A stretch of 64,000 nucleotides of DNA from Octopus bimaculoides (Eukaryota). Position numbers and translations under genes: made by a program. Shown here piece after piece: positions 37,597 to 51,070 of the stretch. Under the pieces are notes generated by a model. It ran no database searches, had not been told where the DNA came from, and saw nothing but the letters and a program-made list of their open reading frames with translations. How positions within the stretch are numbered: position 1 is the first letter of the stretch; each line of letters opens with the position of its first letter. The stretch covers positions 101,763,449 to 101,827,448 of the forward strand of contig NC_068981.1 of assembly GCF_001194135.2 (NCBI RefSeq), given 5' to 3'.

Positions 37597-37766
37597 CACT
37601 AGCCTAGTTAGAGGGGTGCAGAGGAGGCAGTCCACCCTGGGCGGCACTTTTATACCAGCAACACTACTTTTGGGACTGCTGTAGGTAATATGTATATTTT
37701 GTGGGGTCCTAGGGGCATCAAACCGAAGGGCCACCCCGAGCAGCACACACACTAGCTACATTAGTG
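37597..37766. mobile_element. hAT-type MITE (GC-rich, 170 bp)
   Basis: Degenerate TIRs cactagcctagt / actagctacattagtg; 8-bp TSD gtggtagc / gtagtagc. Confidence 0.6.
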
Positions 37767-38140
37767 GTAGTAGCTGAATTACAGTCAAAAGGTGAAAAGA
37801 AAGCAAAAAAAAAAATGGATGAAATGTTTAGTACTGGATCTAGGTAAGATATAGTAGGGCCATTGAAAGAAGGAGAGAGACAAGTAAGTTGGACAGGTTA
37901 GGACCACGGTATAGGTGGTGATAAATTTGGAAGCATGTGTGCATGTTTCAGATGGGCTTAGAATGTAATTGGTATGCAACAAATTTATTCAGAAGAACCA
38001 AGGCTGTTGTAGTAGTGAGAGAAGAGGGAAAGTGAGGAGGTTGCAGTTGCAGTAATTGTCATTATATAATATATTCTATGATATTCATCATCATCATCGT
38101 TTAACGTCCGCTTTCCATGCTAGCATGGGTTGGACAGATT

Positions 38141-38179
<39 letters not shown>

Positions 38180-38567
38180 NNNNNNNNNNNNNNNNNNNNN
38201 NNNNNNNNNNNNNNNNNNNNNNNNNNNNNNNNNNNNNNNNNNNNNNNNNNNNNNNNNNNNNNNNNNNNNNNNNNNNNNNNNNNNNNNNNNNNNNNNNNNN
38301 NNNNNNNNNNNNNNNNNNNNNNNNNNNNNNNNNNNNNNNNNNNNNNNNNNNNNNNNNNNNNNNNNNNNNNNNNNNNNNNNNNNNNNNNNNNNNNNNNNNN
38401 NNNNNNNNNNNNNNNNNNNNNNNNNNNNNNNNNNNNNNNNNNNNNNNNNNNNNNNNNNNNNNNNNNNNNNNNNNNNNNNNNNNNNNNNNNNNNNNNNNNN
38501 NNNNNNNNNNNNNNNNNNNNNNNNNNNNNNNNNNNNNNNNNNNNNNNNNNNNNNNNNNNNNNNNNNN
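38180..38567. other. Assembly gap (388 N)
   Basis: N run after (TA)n. Confidence 0.98.
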
Positions 38568-38829
38568 ATGCCATAAATATCACCATCCGTTTAGAGAAAA
38601 ATTTGTAGTTTAGAATCAGTAGTTCTTTTGACTGCTATTTCTAAATTTTCAGTATGTTGGAGAAGCAACTCAATGCTAATCCCTGTATATTTATGATGAT
38701 AAATGGTTTTACCGATAAAGGTTTTTTCATACTGAACTACTTGGCAAAATTGTTAATTATTAATTCTATTATTAATTGACGATTCCCTGCCCTTATTCTT
38801 GTATATTTATATATATATATATATATATA

Positions 38830-39160
38830 TAAAGGACCCCCTTTGGTCATGAATAACCATGGGATTGCACCCAGAAAGTTACCCTCTGAATCACAAGTCC
38901 AGACAAGGTTGTTTATGGATGACCAGAAGTTTCCCATGCATACCAGCCTCCCCTCTCCATGACACCGGTGTTATCCATGGGAAAGGAAAAGGCCGATACA
39001 ACTTGGCACCAGTGGCATCATAACCCATTTCTACGGCTGAGTGAACTGAAGTAACTTAAAATAAAGAGTCTTGCTCAAGAACACAACACACAGCCCGGTC
39101 TGGAAATCAAACTCACCTCATGATTGTATGCACAACACTCTGACCACTGAACCATGCATG
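38830..39160 (-). mobile_element. tRNA-derived SINE, family C (about 330 bp)
   Basis: Minus head gcatggttcagtggtcagagtg...gagtttgatttcc...cttgagcaagac; homologous to 50121-50445. Confidence 0.8.
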
Positions 39161-39245
39161 AGAATGCTATTATTTGTATGTTTGCATTTGTGTGCATACA
39201 TGTTCATGTGTGTCTATATGCAACATTTATTTAGTATATAAATAT

Positions 39246-39282
<37 letters not shown>

Positions 39283-39791
39283 GCCTAATACTCTCCCTTC
39301 TGCTCTCACATTCTCTAAATATATACATATATATTTAGATGAAGTTGTATGGTCTCATGAATATACTCCATTATTGGTAAATATTTTCGTCATATCTTGT
39401 TAAGGTGGTACATTGGACAAAATACTCAGCAGAATTTGTTCTAGCTTTTTTACATTCTGAGTTCAAATCCTGCTGAGATCAACTTTGCATGTCATCCCTT
39501 TGGGGTTCATAAAATAAAAGTAACAGTCAACAACTGCAGCTGATGTGATCAACTAAGACCTGCCCTACTTCAAAATTGCTGGCTTCTATCAAAATTAGAA
39601 AATGTTATCATATGGCACAGTTGTGACTCTGTGGTAAGAAGATTGTTTCCCAACCATGTGGGCTTCGGTTCAGTCCCACTGTGTGGCACTTTACGGAAGT
39701 GTCTTCCACTATAGCCTGGGTCAACCAAAACCTTGTGAGTGGAGTTGGTGGACAGAATTGTATCTATATATATATATATATATATATATAT

Positions 39792-40190
39792 NNNNNNNNN
39801 NNNNNNNNNNNNNNNNNNNNNNNNNNNNNNNNNNNNNNNNNNNNNNNNNNNNNNNNNNNNNNNNNNNNNNNNNNNNNNNNNNNNNNNNNNNNNNNNNNNN
39901 NNNNNNNNNNNNNNNNNNNNNNNNNNNNNNNNNNNNNNNNNNNNNNNNNNNNNNNNNNNNNNNNNNNNNNNNNNNNNNNNNNNNNNNNNNNNNNNNNNNN
40001 NNNNNNNNNNNNNNNNNNNNNNNNNNNNNNNNNNNNNNNNNNNNNNNNNNNNNNNNNNNNNNNNNNNNNNNNNNNNNNNNNNNNNNNNNNNNNNNNNNNN
40101 NNNNNNNNNNNNNNNNNNNNNNNNNNNNNNNNNNNNNNNNNNNNNNNNNNNNNNNNNNNNNNNNNNNNNNNNNNNNNNNNNNNNNNNNNN
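39792..40190. other. Assembly gap (399 N) inside the microsatellite linker of a family B SINE (about 39610-40450)
   Basis: N run; SINE head to the left, tail to the right. Confidence 0.95.
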
Positions 40191-40225
<35 letters not shown>

Positions 40226-40984
40226 GTGTGTGTGCGTGTGTGTGTGTGTATTTGTGTTTGTCCTTCATACTGCTTGACAACTAGTATTGGTTTGTTTATA
40301 TCCCTGCAGTTTAGTAGTTCAGCAAAAGAAACCCTTAGAATAAGTACCAGGCTTCAAAAAAATGTATTAGGGTTGATTTGTTTGACTAAACCTTTCAATG
40401 GAGTGACCCAGCATGGCTGCAATCTAATGACTGAAACAATTAAATGATAAAAGATATCGTCCCTCTCTCTCTCTCTTGTTAAAACTGTTATGAAGGAACT
40501 TCTTTGTTATCTGAACTTAATACTTAAGGTTCTGTAAGCTCATTAATGCTTGATTCTGAAAACTCACTAAGGTATTCATAAGTGACATCCTCATTATCAG
40601 TAATACAATAAATCTTAATTATCACCTGCCTGTCATGGAAATTCAACACAAATGCTTGGGTCACACACAATCTGTTTGCTAAATGCTTCATTAAATATTC
40701 CTATCAAAAATTACCATGAGAAGAATAATTTCAAGTCCAAGGAACTGCTATGGTTGAAAATAATTTTTGGTCAGTTTTCAAATTCCAATTTATTCTTTAT
40801 ATATGTACTTGCTGGAGATATTTTAACTTTTTCTATTTCCATTTTCAAGGCATATTTTCTTAGAGAAACTTTATTTTGATATCTAATGATATTACAGTAC
40901 ACTTATGTTACATGATGGAGTAAGAAAAATACTGGATTAAGACAAATATATGAAACTAATATTAGAAAATGCCAAAGTAGACCT

Positions 40985-41272
40985 TGCCAGTGCAACAGGA
41001 AAAGCACCCAGTCCACTCTATAAAGTGGTTGGCATTAGGAAGGGCATCCAACCATAAAAACATGCCAAATCAGACCTCGTCAGTGCTGGTATCATGTGAA
41101 AATCACCCAATTCAATGTGAAAAGTGGCTGATGTTAGGAAGGACATCCAGCAGTAAAAACTATGCCAAAGCAAACAGTGGAGCCTGGTGCAGTCCTCTGG
41201 TTTGCCAGCTCCATTCAAGCTGTCTAACCCGTACCAGCATGGAAAACAGATGTTAAATGATGATGATGATGA
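40985..41272 (+). mobile_element. RTE-type 3' end with internal duplication of the ggcattaggaagggcatcc module
   Basis: Module at about 41028 and about 41128; (GAT)n tail at 41257. Confidence 0.65.
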
Positions 41273-41519
41273 AACTAATACTAGAAAATGATGTTAATTT
41301 TGGTTGTAATGCTCATCGATCTCCTTCACTGCCTTGATTTTTCAGGAAAACTGATATTGTAAGACCATAGATTCACTGTCTTATAGTTTCTCTTTATCAT
41401 CTCATTCTGACTCAAAATACCTATATTCCATCTTTTTAATACCAGTGCTGTACCTGATTAGATTGTTGTTAAATTTAAGATCAAAATAAAATTACAAACC
41501 TTGTCACTACCATCTTTGT

Positions 41520-41895
41520 CTTCTTTGGAGCTTCCCACCCTTATATAATGCAGGGTAGCCTCACATCTCTTCTCTAGCAAGACACCTGTGCCTGTTATTC
41601 TGGTATAGACCCACCTCTCTCTCTACTACAACCCCATTCAGTTGAGAGGTCTTTTCATTTGTCTTATATGTTACTTAGCAACCTCACTAGTGCTGGTGCC
41701 ATGAAAAAAAAGCACCCAGTACATTTTGTAAAATGCTTGGCATTAGGAAGGGCATCCAGCCATAAAAGCATGCCAAAGAAGGCATTGGAGCTTGGCAAAG
41801 CCATCTGGCTCATTGGAGCCTGTGAAATTGTCCAAAACTATGCCAGTATGGAAGATGGACTTTAAATGAAGATGAGGATGATGATGATGATGACT
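41520..41895 (+). mobile_element. C-rich body plus RTE-type tail element
   Basis: gcaacctcactagtgctggtgcc...ggcattaggaagggcatccagc...gatgatgatg. Confidence 0.6.
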
Positions 41896-42104
41896 ACTTT
41901 CAGAAATTATGAAACTGTTACAAAAGTGGATGGATGTTCGTTAAACACTCCAGAATTCAAAATTACGACTAGCTCAAAATTAAGCAGGAAATTCTGGGAG
42001 TGGCCAAGCAATGAAAAATATGTTTCTTTCAGTCATTGCGGTCACTATATAAATTGCTTCATTATAATGAAGTTTCACTCACAGAGAAAATATAAAACAG
42101 AGTA

Positions 42105-42136
<32 letters not shown>

Positions 42137-42684
42137 GAGTATGTATGTAGCAGTGTTATTTATTTATCCTATTTAAGTCCAACCTTTCTTTATGCCAAAG
42201 TTGATTTTGTGTTCTATATCTTTATGAGAAGAAAGGAAAATAAGTACCAGAAAACGTACTGCGTGTTGATGTAATATAATCAATTAAAAATCTGTGACAG
42301 CAGTGCCCCAGAATGGCTACAATCCAATAACCGAAACTAGTTTATGAAGAAAAGAATAAACACATTAATTAGTGAAAGACATTTAGTCTGGTGCTTTACC
42401 GATCCTGCCAAACACCTCAACCGCCTTCTCATCTATGAAATATTGGTAAGGTACTAACTTCATTATTACCTTTGTTAGTCATACAACACATTTTGTACAA
42501 CCAACTGCCAAATATTGATCAAACAAAAGAATACACGCATGCACACACACACACATATTTGTAAAAGAAATCAATAGCGATTTTTATAGTTCTTACATAA
42601 TGTTTTTCATTTTGTAATATTAAGCATTACTTATTATATCATGTCATATTATCAGAAATACATTTAAAATTAATACTTACAAAC

Positions 42685-42704
42685 CTATATATATATATAT
42701 ATAG

Positions 42705-42755
<51 letters not shown>

Positions 42756-42756
42756 G

Positions 42757-42831
<75 letters not shown>

Positions 42832-42856
42832 TGTGTGTGTATGTATATATATATAT
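42685..42856. repeat. Higher-order microsatellite [(TA)n GG(TG)n] x3
   Basis: Directly visible. Confidence 0.9.
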
Positions 42857-43514
42857 TCACATCAAAGAAAATTGGCAGAAAAGATTGCAATTAAATTGTG
42901 TTTTAATACATTCCAACAGAATGAATCAAGTGGAAAATTATTTAAAAAAAATCCCCCTCCTTGACTTCTTCTTCCTCCTTCTCTCATCATCATCATCATC
43001 CTCACCATCATTACATTGATTTAACATCATTATCATTGCTATATTGATAATCATCATCACCATCATTCTCATAATTTATTATATTTATTAATTAATCATT
43101 ATTGTTGCTATTGTATTTTTCCTTCCTCTTGTCCTCCGATCTCATCACCAGTGTCGTGAGATACGTTACCATAAGTGCTGGTTCTAATTCTTCTTTAGCT
43201 TATAATCCAGGCTTCTCAAAAGTTGACCATCCTGTCTTTTTTGCATGCCAGGGATAACATTGTTCTCCTTTCCTTTGTTTAAGACAGTAGTGTGTGTTTC
43301 AAGGGATATTTAGCTGCTAGCTTCTAACACACTGTGCAACCAAGCAAGAGATTTTCTTCTTACCTCAATTAAGGGCTACTCATAATCCATGTAATCCCTG
43401 TTTTGTCCTTTGATGCATTCTTAAAAGCTTTTCTTAAAATTGACCTTCAGTTCAGTTATAGCTATCAGGGATATCTTAAGTTCTTAATAAAGTATTCATA
43501 CTTTGTATGCCTCT

Positions 43515-44734
43515 TAAATAATGCGGAGTTTTAAACTGCATGAACTAAAAATCGGAGAGGGATGGGATAAACTACCTGCATCAACTTGCTATAAAAGCAG
43601 GTAGTAATTTTACCTTGGCCTTATTCTTAGTGAAAGTTTTGAAGAGTGCAGTTCGATTTTAACAGTTATTTTTTCAAATATATAATGGAAGTGACAAAGG
43701 AGCATATTCAGCATATTTTGCTTTATAAAGGCAACAATGCAATGGAAAGTGCGAGGAATATTAATGCAGTATATAGGGATTGGACAATAAGTATGTAAGG
43801 CAGTGTCAACAGTGGTTTCAGAAATTCCAAGCCAAAAACTACAATCTAGAAGATGAGACTCATCCTGGAAGATCTATAGAAACCCATCATGGCTATTGAG
43901 GAACTAGCAGAGAAGCTTGAATTTGGTCATTCAATCATTCATCAACACCTGTGTGCCATCAGAAAAGTCAGTAAATTGGGTCAATGGGTTCCTCACAAAC
44001 TTTCTGAGTCTAATCATGTGCAGAGTGAATGTGTGCTCTTCTTTGCTGCCATGTCTCATGAATGAACCTGTTTGGATTGAATAGTGACTGGTGACAAGAA
44101 ATGGGCTCTCTATAGAAATGTCAAGCACCGAAGACAATGGGTAGGGAATGGAGAAACACTGGCACCCCAGGCTAAAGAAGGCCTTCACCAAAGTAAGGTT
44201 TTGTTATCTGTTTAGTGGGATATGAAAGGTTTAGTCTACTTTGAACTTTTAATTCCAAATCAAATGATAACAAAAGAGATCTACAACGAGCAGCTTGAGC
44301 AGCTTAAGTCAGCACTAGAAGAAAAACGACCATCTTTGGTTTCAAGACGAAAGGTGTTCTATCAGGATAATGCTCAGCCACATACAGCGAGGATGACATT
44401 CCAAAGGTTGGAGCAGTTTGAATGAGAAACGATGCCCCACCCACCATATTTGCCAGACATTTGCCCCATCTGATTATCATTTATTCCACAGTCTTCAAAA
44501 TCATTTGAATGGAAAAAATATGAATTCTGTAGATGAGGTCAGAACAGTACTGGAGGAGTATTTTTCATCACGGACAAGTGAATTTTGGAAGAGGGGCCTT
44601 GCAAGTCTACCAGATAGCTGGAAGAGCATTGCAGAGAATGGAGAGTATATTTTAGATTAAAAAACACTTTGTTTATCCTAATTTTGAAAAATAAAATAAG
44701 TATAAAAAAACGTATTATTTATGGGATGACCCAA
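43515..44734 (+). mobile_element. Near full-length mariner transposon; left TIR lacks its first 13 bp
   Basis: Right TIR cgtattatttatgggatgacccaa + TA (44711-44736); left remnant taaataatgcg at 43515; TIR core ggtcatcccataa shared with the 33291 element. Confidence 0.9.
43685..44660 (+). pseudogene. DD34D mariner transposase pseudogene
   Basis: MEVTKEHIQHILLY...WVPHKL...VTGDKKW...YQDNAQPH-(34 aa)-APSDYHLF...ENGEYILD*; several stops, frameshifts and deletions. Confidence 0.92.
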
Positions 44735-44759
44735 TACTTTGCATGCCTCTAGTAATATA

Positions 44760-45090
44760 AGTAAGTGTCTACCACTATAGCTGGGTCAACCACAGCCTTG
44801 TGGGTGGATTTGGTAGATGGAAACTGAAAGCTCATCATATATATGTAAATATATGTGTGTATGTGTGTGTTTGTGCCTCCTTGACTTGAAAAGCATGATA
44901 GTTGTAAACAAGTGTCACTCTCATACAAGAGGTATTGTTACCAATCTTCTGTGAAAATATATCTAGTCATGGGGAAATATTATCTTGCTTGGAAATTAGT
45001 GAAAATTGATGATAGAAAGGGGTGTCTGGCTGTAGAAAATCTGCTTCAACAAATTCTATTTAAGCCATGCTTGTATAGAAAGAAGGATGG
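44760..45090 (+). mobile_element. Chimeric SINE family E
   Basis: Same head/body/tail layout as 18727-19147. Confidence 0.6.
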
Positions 45091-45398
45091 TATTATTGTT
45101 GTTTTCATGTTGCTTTTATTTTCCAGTCTATGATTTGTTTTCAATGCCAAATTGAAAAACATTTGCTTCATTTGCATCATTAAAGTCTTCGAAAATAGCA
45201 AACAGACAAAGCTGTATTTTATTCCCTATTATTTAAGATTTCCAGGCTTCAGATTTGCTACATTCATAATGAGTAAATCAGTATTTCTACTCATTTAGTA
45301 ACATCCTAATCAGTTTTAAGCCACTGTAACCAGCCTAATAAATAATCTTGGCTGATAGCAATAAAAAAAAAATACAATAGACATAAAAAAAAAATTGA

Positions 45399-45430
<32 letters not shown>

Positions 45431-46612
45431 CGTGTGTGTGTGTGTGTGTGCATATCTAACTGCAATGCCTTCTGAGGCAAGTTAAATAAATATAGGTGAT
45501 CTATTCTCTGCCAGCTATCCTTAAAAGGTTGAAACAATAGTCTTCCATACTTAAGAAACAGATTAAAAAAAAAAAAATTCTGCTGCATTTGTTTATCTTA
45601 CTAATCTATAATCTAAAGATTAAGAGGTGAAATATGAAATTCTTGGTTTACAGGAACCAAAGTAAGAGAGAGAAAGAAATACAGACACATAGAAAGAACA
45701 TTAGAGATGCAGTTTGATAAAGAGACAAGTATCTAAAAAATAAAAGAGACACAGTTTTAATTCTTAAGTTACTGTATTACTACAAGAAAAATAAAACTTT
45801 GCCTTTATAACTTTCTAATCGTATTCCTGGAGGTAGATTGTTACTTGGGGCAGCTGTTTTAAAGAAATATATTTCCATTACTTGCAACAGCTAACATCAA
45901 CGATTTTATTTTCTTGGCTTAAAGAAACAGTATAAAAAGAAAGAGTAAAGTAAAAAAAAACTAGAAATGAAAATACTTCTAAGGTTAGTAAAACCGATTA
46001 GTAGTGAAGACGTCATTTTGTCTGTTACTGGAGATTTCGAGAAAGGAGAGAATCTCCATGAAATAGACTATGGTAGAGTTGGAAATACAATGTTGTCAAG
46101 ATAAAAAGTGTGTGTGTAATCACCACTCCAATAGATCCTCCTCATCAGAAGACAATAAAGTTTGAACAAATTTAGCTACTAATTCTGAGACATTGAGTGA
46201 TTGCTCAATAAACTCTCTCTCTCTGATAGTCATAACGTATTCAGGAGAATATTATCTAATTTGTTTCTAAATTTCTCAGATAAGGTGGGATTTCAGGGAG
46301 ATTTGACTTCTATTTCATCAGGTTGATAGACCACATATAGGTTCTTTTTGGTAGACTTTAATCAAATGGGTTCAAGCCATAATCATAATGCCATGTTTCA
46401 TTTTAAGACTTTATGTATCCAGGACTATATTACCCAACTTGTTCTTCAATTTCTCAGAGAAGAAGGTAGGATTTCAGAGAGATTTGGCTGCTATTTCTAC
46501 CAGTTTGATTGACCTCACAAAGATTCTCTTTGTCTAGTTAATCATGATAGAAAATATTGTTCTCACAGTGCAAACAGAACAGACTGGTGACAAGTTAGAT
46601 TTGTATTTCCAT

Positions 46613-47231
46613 CTGTGGAAGAGGTAGACCCAGGAAGACATGGGATGTTGTGGTGAAGCAAGCCCTTTGAACAGTGGATCTCACAGAGGCAATGACAGGA
46701 CACCGAGACCTTTGGAGATATGCTGTGATTGAGAAGACCCCACAACTACAGTGAGATCGCAACCATGGCCGATACCAGTGTTGCATGTCCGGCCCATTTA
46801 AGAGTACCCTTGATGTGTCAGGTGATATGATTTGCTTGAAAAGACCTGTTGAGTCAAGTGAAACCAAAATCGTAGCTGTAGCCAGTGCCCCCTGACTGGC
46901 TCCCGTTCCAGTGGCATGTAAAATGCATCATCCAAACGTGGTCGATGCCAGGTCTGCTTGACTGGCTCCTGTGCCAGTGGCATGTAAAAAGCACAATCTG
47001 AATATGATTGATGCCAGGCCTGTCTAACTGGCTCCTGTGCTGGTGGCACGTAAAAAGCACCCACTACACTCTTGGAATGGTTGGTGTTACAAAGGGCATC
47101 CAGTTTTAGAAACATTGCCAGATCAGACTGGAGCCTGGTGCAGCCGCTGGCTCTCCAGACCTCAGTCAAACTATCCAACCCATGCCAGTATGGAAAACGG
47201 ATGTTAAACGATGATGATGATGATGATGATT
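46613..47231 (+). mobile_element. RTE-clade LINE, 5'-truncated (ORF2 C-terminus plus 3' UTR)
   Basis: CGRGRPRKTWDVVVKQAL*TVDLTEAMT...DLWRYAVIEKT; 3' UTR with internal tandem units; (GAT)n tail. Confidence 0.88.
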
Positions 47232-47249
47232 GTTAGCATATTTAACATT

Positions 47250-47685
47250 AGCTTATATTCACATGGTTTTAGGTTCAGTCCCATCATGTGGCCCCTTGAG
47301 TCACACAATATTCTACTATAGTCTCAGGCTGACCAAAGCCTTATGAGTGGATTTGGTAGGTGGAAACTGACTAATGTTGTGTGAGGGAATTAGGTAGACA
47401 AAAAAAAAAAAAACTGTGTGGAAGCCTCTTGGGTGTGTGCTTGTGTCTCCTCATTTTAACACTGTGCAATGGTTGTAAATGAGTGTCACTGTCATACCAG
47501 CAGTGTCTCTCCTTTCCAGTATTCTGTGAGAACATGTCTGGCTATGGAAAAATCTTACCTTGCTTGGAAATAGGTGACGGTTGGAGACAGGAAGGATATC
47601 CAGCTATAAAAAAATCTGCCCCAAATAAACTCTGTCTCATGCATTCAAACATAAAAACATGGAAGTTAAATGAAGATGAAGATAG
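47250..47685 (+). mobile_element. Chimeric SINE family E
   Basis: Same layout as 18727-19147. Confidence 0.6.
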
Positions 47686-47931
47686 TATACCGAGAATAGT
47701 CTAAACATAATCTCTACTGTTAAAGCAGTAATGAACAACAGATGTAAAAAAAAGAAGATAAAATACTAAAATTAGATAACTGACCACATTGCAGCTTTGT
47801 AGTCAAATGTATTTATGACTCATTGTTAACGGTATCTCCATATCTGTTGCTTACTTTTGTTGTTAACCAGGAATGAAAACAAAAAACAAAAAAACTCAGA
47901 GTGAATCCAGCATATTTCCTTGTGATTGAGC

Positions 47932-48200
47932 ATGGCCTAGACTCTTTACAGTTGAGGAAATTATTGATGATATTATTCTTTGGATGAAGAGTTTACTCTT
48001 ATGCAGGCAATGAGAATGATTTGGTCAATCAAACTGGTGAAAGTGATGAGGAAAGTAAACATTCAGGTGAACAAATATGGCAGTTGAGAGATAAGCCTAT
48101 TATTGTTATACTCCTGAGTTCTTTTTGTAATTCTGTCCATTAGTTTGCCTCTAATCATTACTCTTGAGCTGTATATGCAACTATTTACATCTTTGCTTAG
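47932..48200 (+). pseudogene. Possible piggyBac transposase N-terminal remnant (frameshifted)
   Basis: MA/RLFTVEEIIDDIIL/DEEF/GNENDLVNQTGESDEESKHSGEQIW/SLPLIITLELYMQLF: acidic N-terminus, then W, then an LP..LE.Y.LF pattern reminiscent of PGBD-type proteins. Confidence 0.4.
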
Positions 48201-49333
48201 GAGCCCAGGTTAATGAGATCTGGCAAATTTGTAGAGTCTAGATTATTGCTTTCTTGGGAAAGTTACCTGTAGATGTTATACTTGCTTCTTATCACAGAAA
48301 AGATTATGTGTACTTTGCATGTTTCATGTCATGTTAAACATTATAGATGAAGGCTTTGAGCCAATGACGGAGTCACTAAATAATTACTTGCTCTGCTAAC
48401 CAAAGCAGCTCTCTCTCAAATTATATTTCATCATCTTAAAAAAGAGATGGCTGTGTTAGAAAATGTAATCCTTGATAGCCCTAAGAAGATGGAATGGTCA
48501 TATCTAAAATACCTTTCATTATAGGCTGGCTCATTCAGTAATAATTTAATGCTGAACAACAGCTACAACAAATAAGTGCCAATTCTATGACTCCTCATAA
48601 CCTGAGAAAGAGTTAAATTCAATAGTATTACACCTGTTTTGTTCCTTATAAGAAACTCTACTATAATCAATAAGAAGAGAATTCTTGATACTGACTAGCA
48701 GAAATTCAACTCAACATTTCAATGTAATTCAATAACTTACAAGTTTGTATACATTCTTTCTCTTCTTAATCTTTGAATGGATCCTAGAATAAAATATGAT
48801 ACATGTATATAATCTTTGAATGCATCGTAGAGTAAAATATGATACCCATTTGATATCTGATTCATTGATAGAAGGGAAACAGATCTATTTTGTGAGTTTC
48901 AAATGTGAAAATTGTTAACAATAACAGTAACACAAATAACATTTGTGTTCAAGGTATATTGGTGCATGCGTGTTGTGTGTGTATGTGTGGAGGGTTGTAT
49001 GTATTAAGGGCTGGAGAATCGATGTGTAACTGGGATACATTAACAGTGATTTGAGCATGATGCCCTTGGCATGATTCAGTGGTTGTATGTGTTTTATTCT
49101 TTCTTGTTTCATGTTCTTGTGTTGGGGTATGGCACTGGATGAAACAAACCTTATAAAACACATATATAAAAGGTGTATGTGTGTGTGTGTATGTGCATGC
49201 ACGTGTTGGGAGGAGAGAGTTGGCCCTATGGATCAGCCTTGAGAATACATTCCAAAAGTTTCACATAACAAGATATTGCATCCCGAGAAGTAGAGAGAGG
49301 GAGGGTATGATACACACACACACACATATATAC

Positions 49334-49366
<33 letters not shown>

Positions 49367-49679
49367 GAGAGAGAAAGAAAGAGAGATAAGTAGAGAGAGA
49401 TAGGATAGTATGATGTTCATGTCTTTATGAAAAGCCTTAGCAATATAAGCAAAAGGAAAGGACTACATCAAAAGAGTTGAGTTGTGGTAACAACATGGCA
49501 GAGGCCTACATGTCTGGGCTGGAGCTCACAAGACTTTCTTTCACACAGGTTTGTAACATCTCAGTCCATATAGTCACTGCCATATAGTGTCTTCCAAAAG
49601 TGTTAACATGAATAAATGTTGAAATAACTATATCTTTGTCAAAACTGCATTTTTTAAAGAATAATCTTACATCATTTTT

Positions 49680-50035
49680 TTTTTACTTGTTTCAATCGTT
49701 GAAATGTGGTCATGCAGGGGCACAACCTTGAAGGGTTTAGTTCAAGAAATTGACACCAGTGCTTATGTTTTTAAGCTTGTTACTTATTCTATCAGTTTCT
49801 TTTGCCAAAACTTTGAAGTTATGGGAATGTAAATAAACCAATATTGGTTGTCAAGCAGTGGTGGGGTACAAATACAACCACACACACACACAATGAGCAT
49901 TTTTCAATTTCCATCTACCAAATCCACTTGTGGGGCTTTGTTTAACATGGGGATGTAGCAGAAGATACTTGCGCAAGATGCCATGCAGTGGTAATGAGCC
50001 CAAGACTATATGGATGGAAAGTAAGGTTCTTAACT
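49680..50035 (-). mobile_element. SINE family B (diverged)
   Basis: Reverse-complement match. Confidence 0.7.
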
Positions 50036-50120
50036 TTTTACCCAATCCTTCCTCAACAAAACTGAAACCCTCTGCAATTCTCCCTATGCCTATATTTTTA
50101 AATTCAGACATTGGTCTATA

Positions 50121-50445
50121 TAAAGACCCTGCTTCAGTCATGAATGACCATGGGATTGCACCTTGAAAGTTACGCTCTGTGGCACAAGTCCAAGAGAAAA
50201 CCAGCAGTCACCAATGCATACCAGCTTTCCCTCTCCATACCACCAATGTTATCTAAGGGAAAGGCAAAGGCTGATACAGCTTGGCACCATTGATGTTGCA
50301 ACTCATTTCTACAGCTGAGTGAACTGGAGCAACATGAAATAAAGTGTCTTGCTCAAGAATACAACACACAACCTGGTCCAGGAATCAAACCCACTACCTC
50401 ATGATTGTGAGCCTGATGCTCTAAACGCTGAGCCATGTGCCTTCA
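50121..50445 (-). mobile_element. tRNA-derived SINE, family C
   Basis: Homologous to 38830-39160. Confidence 0.8.
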
Positions 50446-51014
50446 CTTTGATCTACTTAAGGTCAAACTAAACATAAATTATATCAATTTAAACCAGCCA
50501 AGAAGGTCCTGTAAAAGTTATAGGTACCTGTGATCTTCATAGAAATAACATGCCCCTTTAATTCATTGTGTGTGTGTAGTGTGTGAGGAGGTGGGGGTAT
50601 ATATTGTTCAACTCTCAACACATTCATTTGTTTTAATATTTAATATGAAACTCATTGGCCTTTTCTATAATATGAAATAGTTAATAAAGATGACTGAAGT
50701 GAGCTGTATGAAGACAGATCTGATTAGATTCTGATTCTAATGTCCATTTCCATTATTACCACAAACTAAAGCTTCTTTCACTCGAAATTGCTCTTTCAAC
50801 TTGTCTACAAGTTCTGCTTATACACTACATCTAGTCATTTCCGATGTTCACAATGATTATATATCTATGTATGTACACAAATACATGCCTGTATGTGTCT
50901 ATATGAATGTATGTGTATAACAATTGATATCCATATATATTTGTCTTAAATATATTGTATTGTCTCTGTATATAAACAGATGCATGTACATATATGCATA
51001 TATACACACACAGT

Positions 51015-51070
<56 letters not shown>

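Noticed and set aside
38056-40447. Long ORFs containing X runs
   Set aside because: Artefacts of N gaps and TA repeats (same for 5718-6112)
45650-45665. 8-nt micro-exon candidate tttacAG-GAACCAAA-GTAAGA
   Set aside because: Poor pyrimidine tract, frame-shifting length, no corroboration
48769-48846. Short tandem duplication of about 43 bp (similar one at 35474-35534)
   Set aside because: Ordinary slippage duplications with no associated structure
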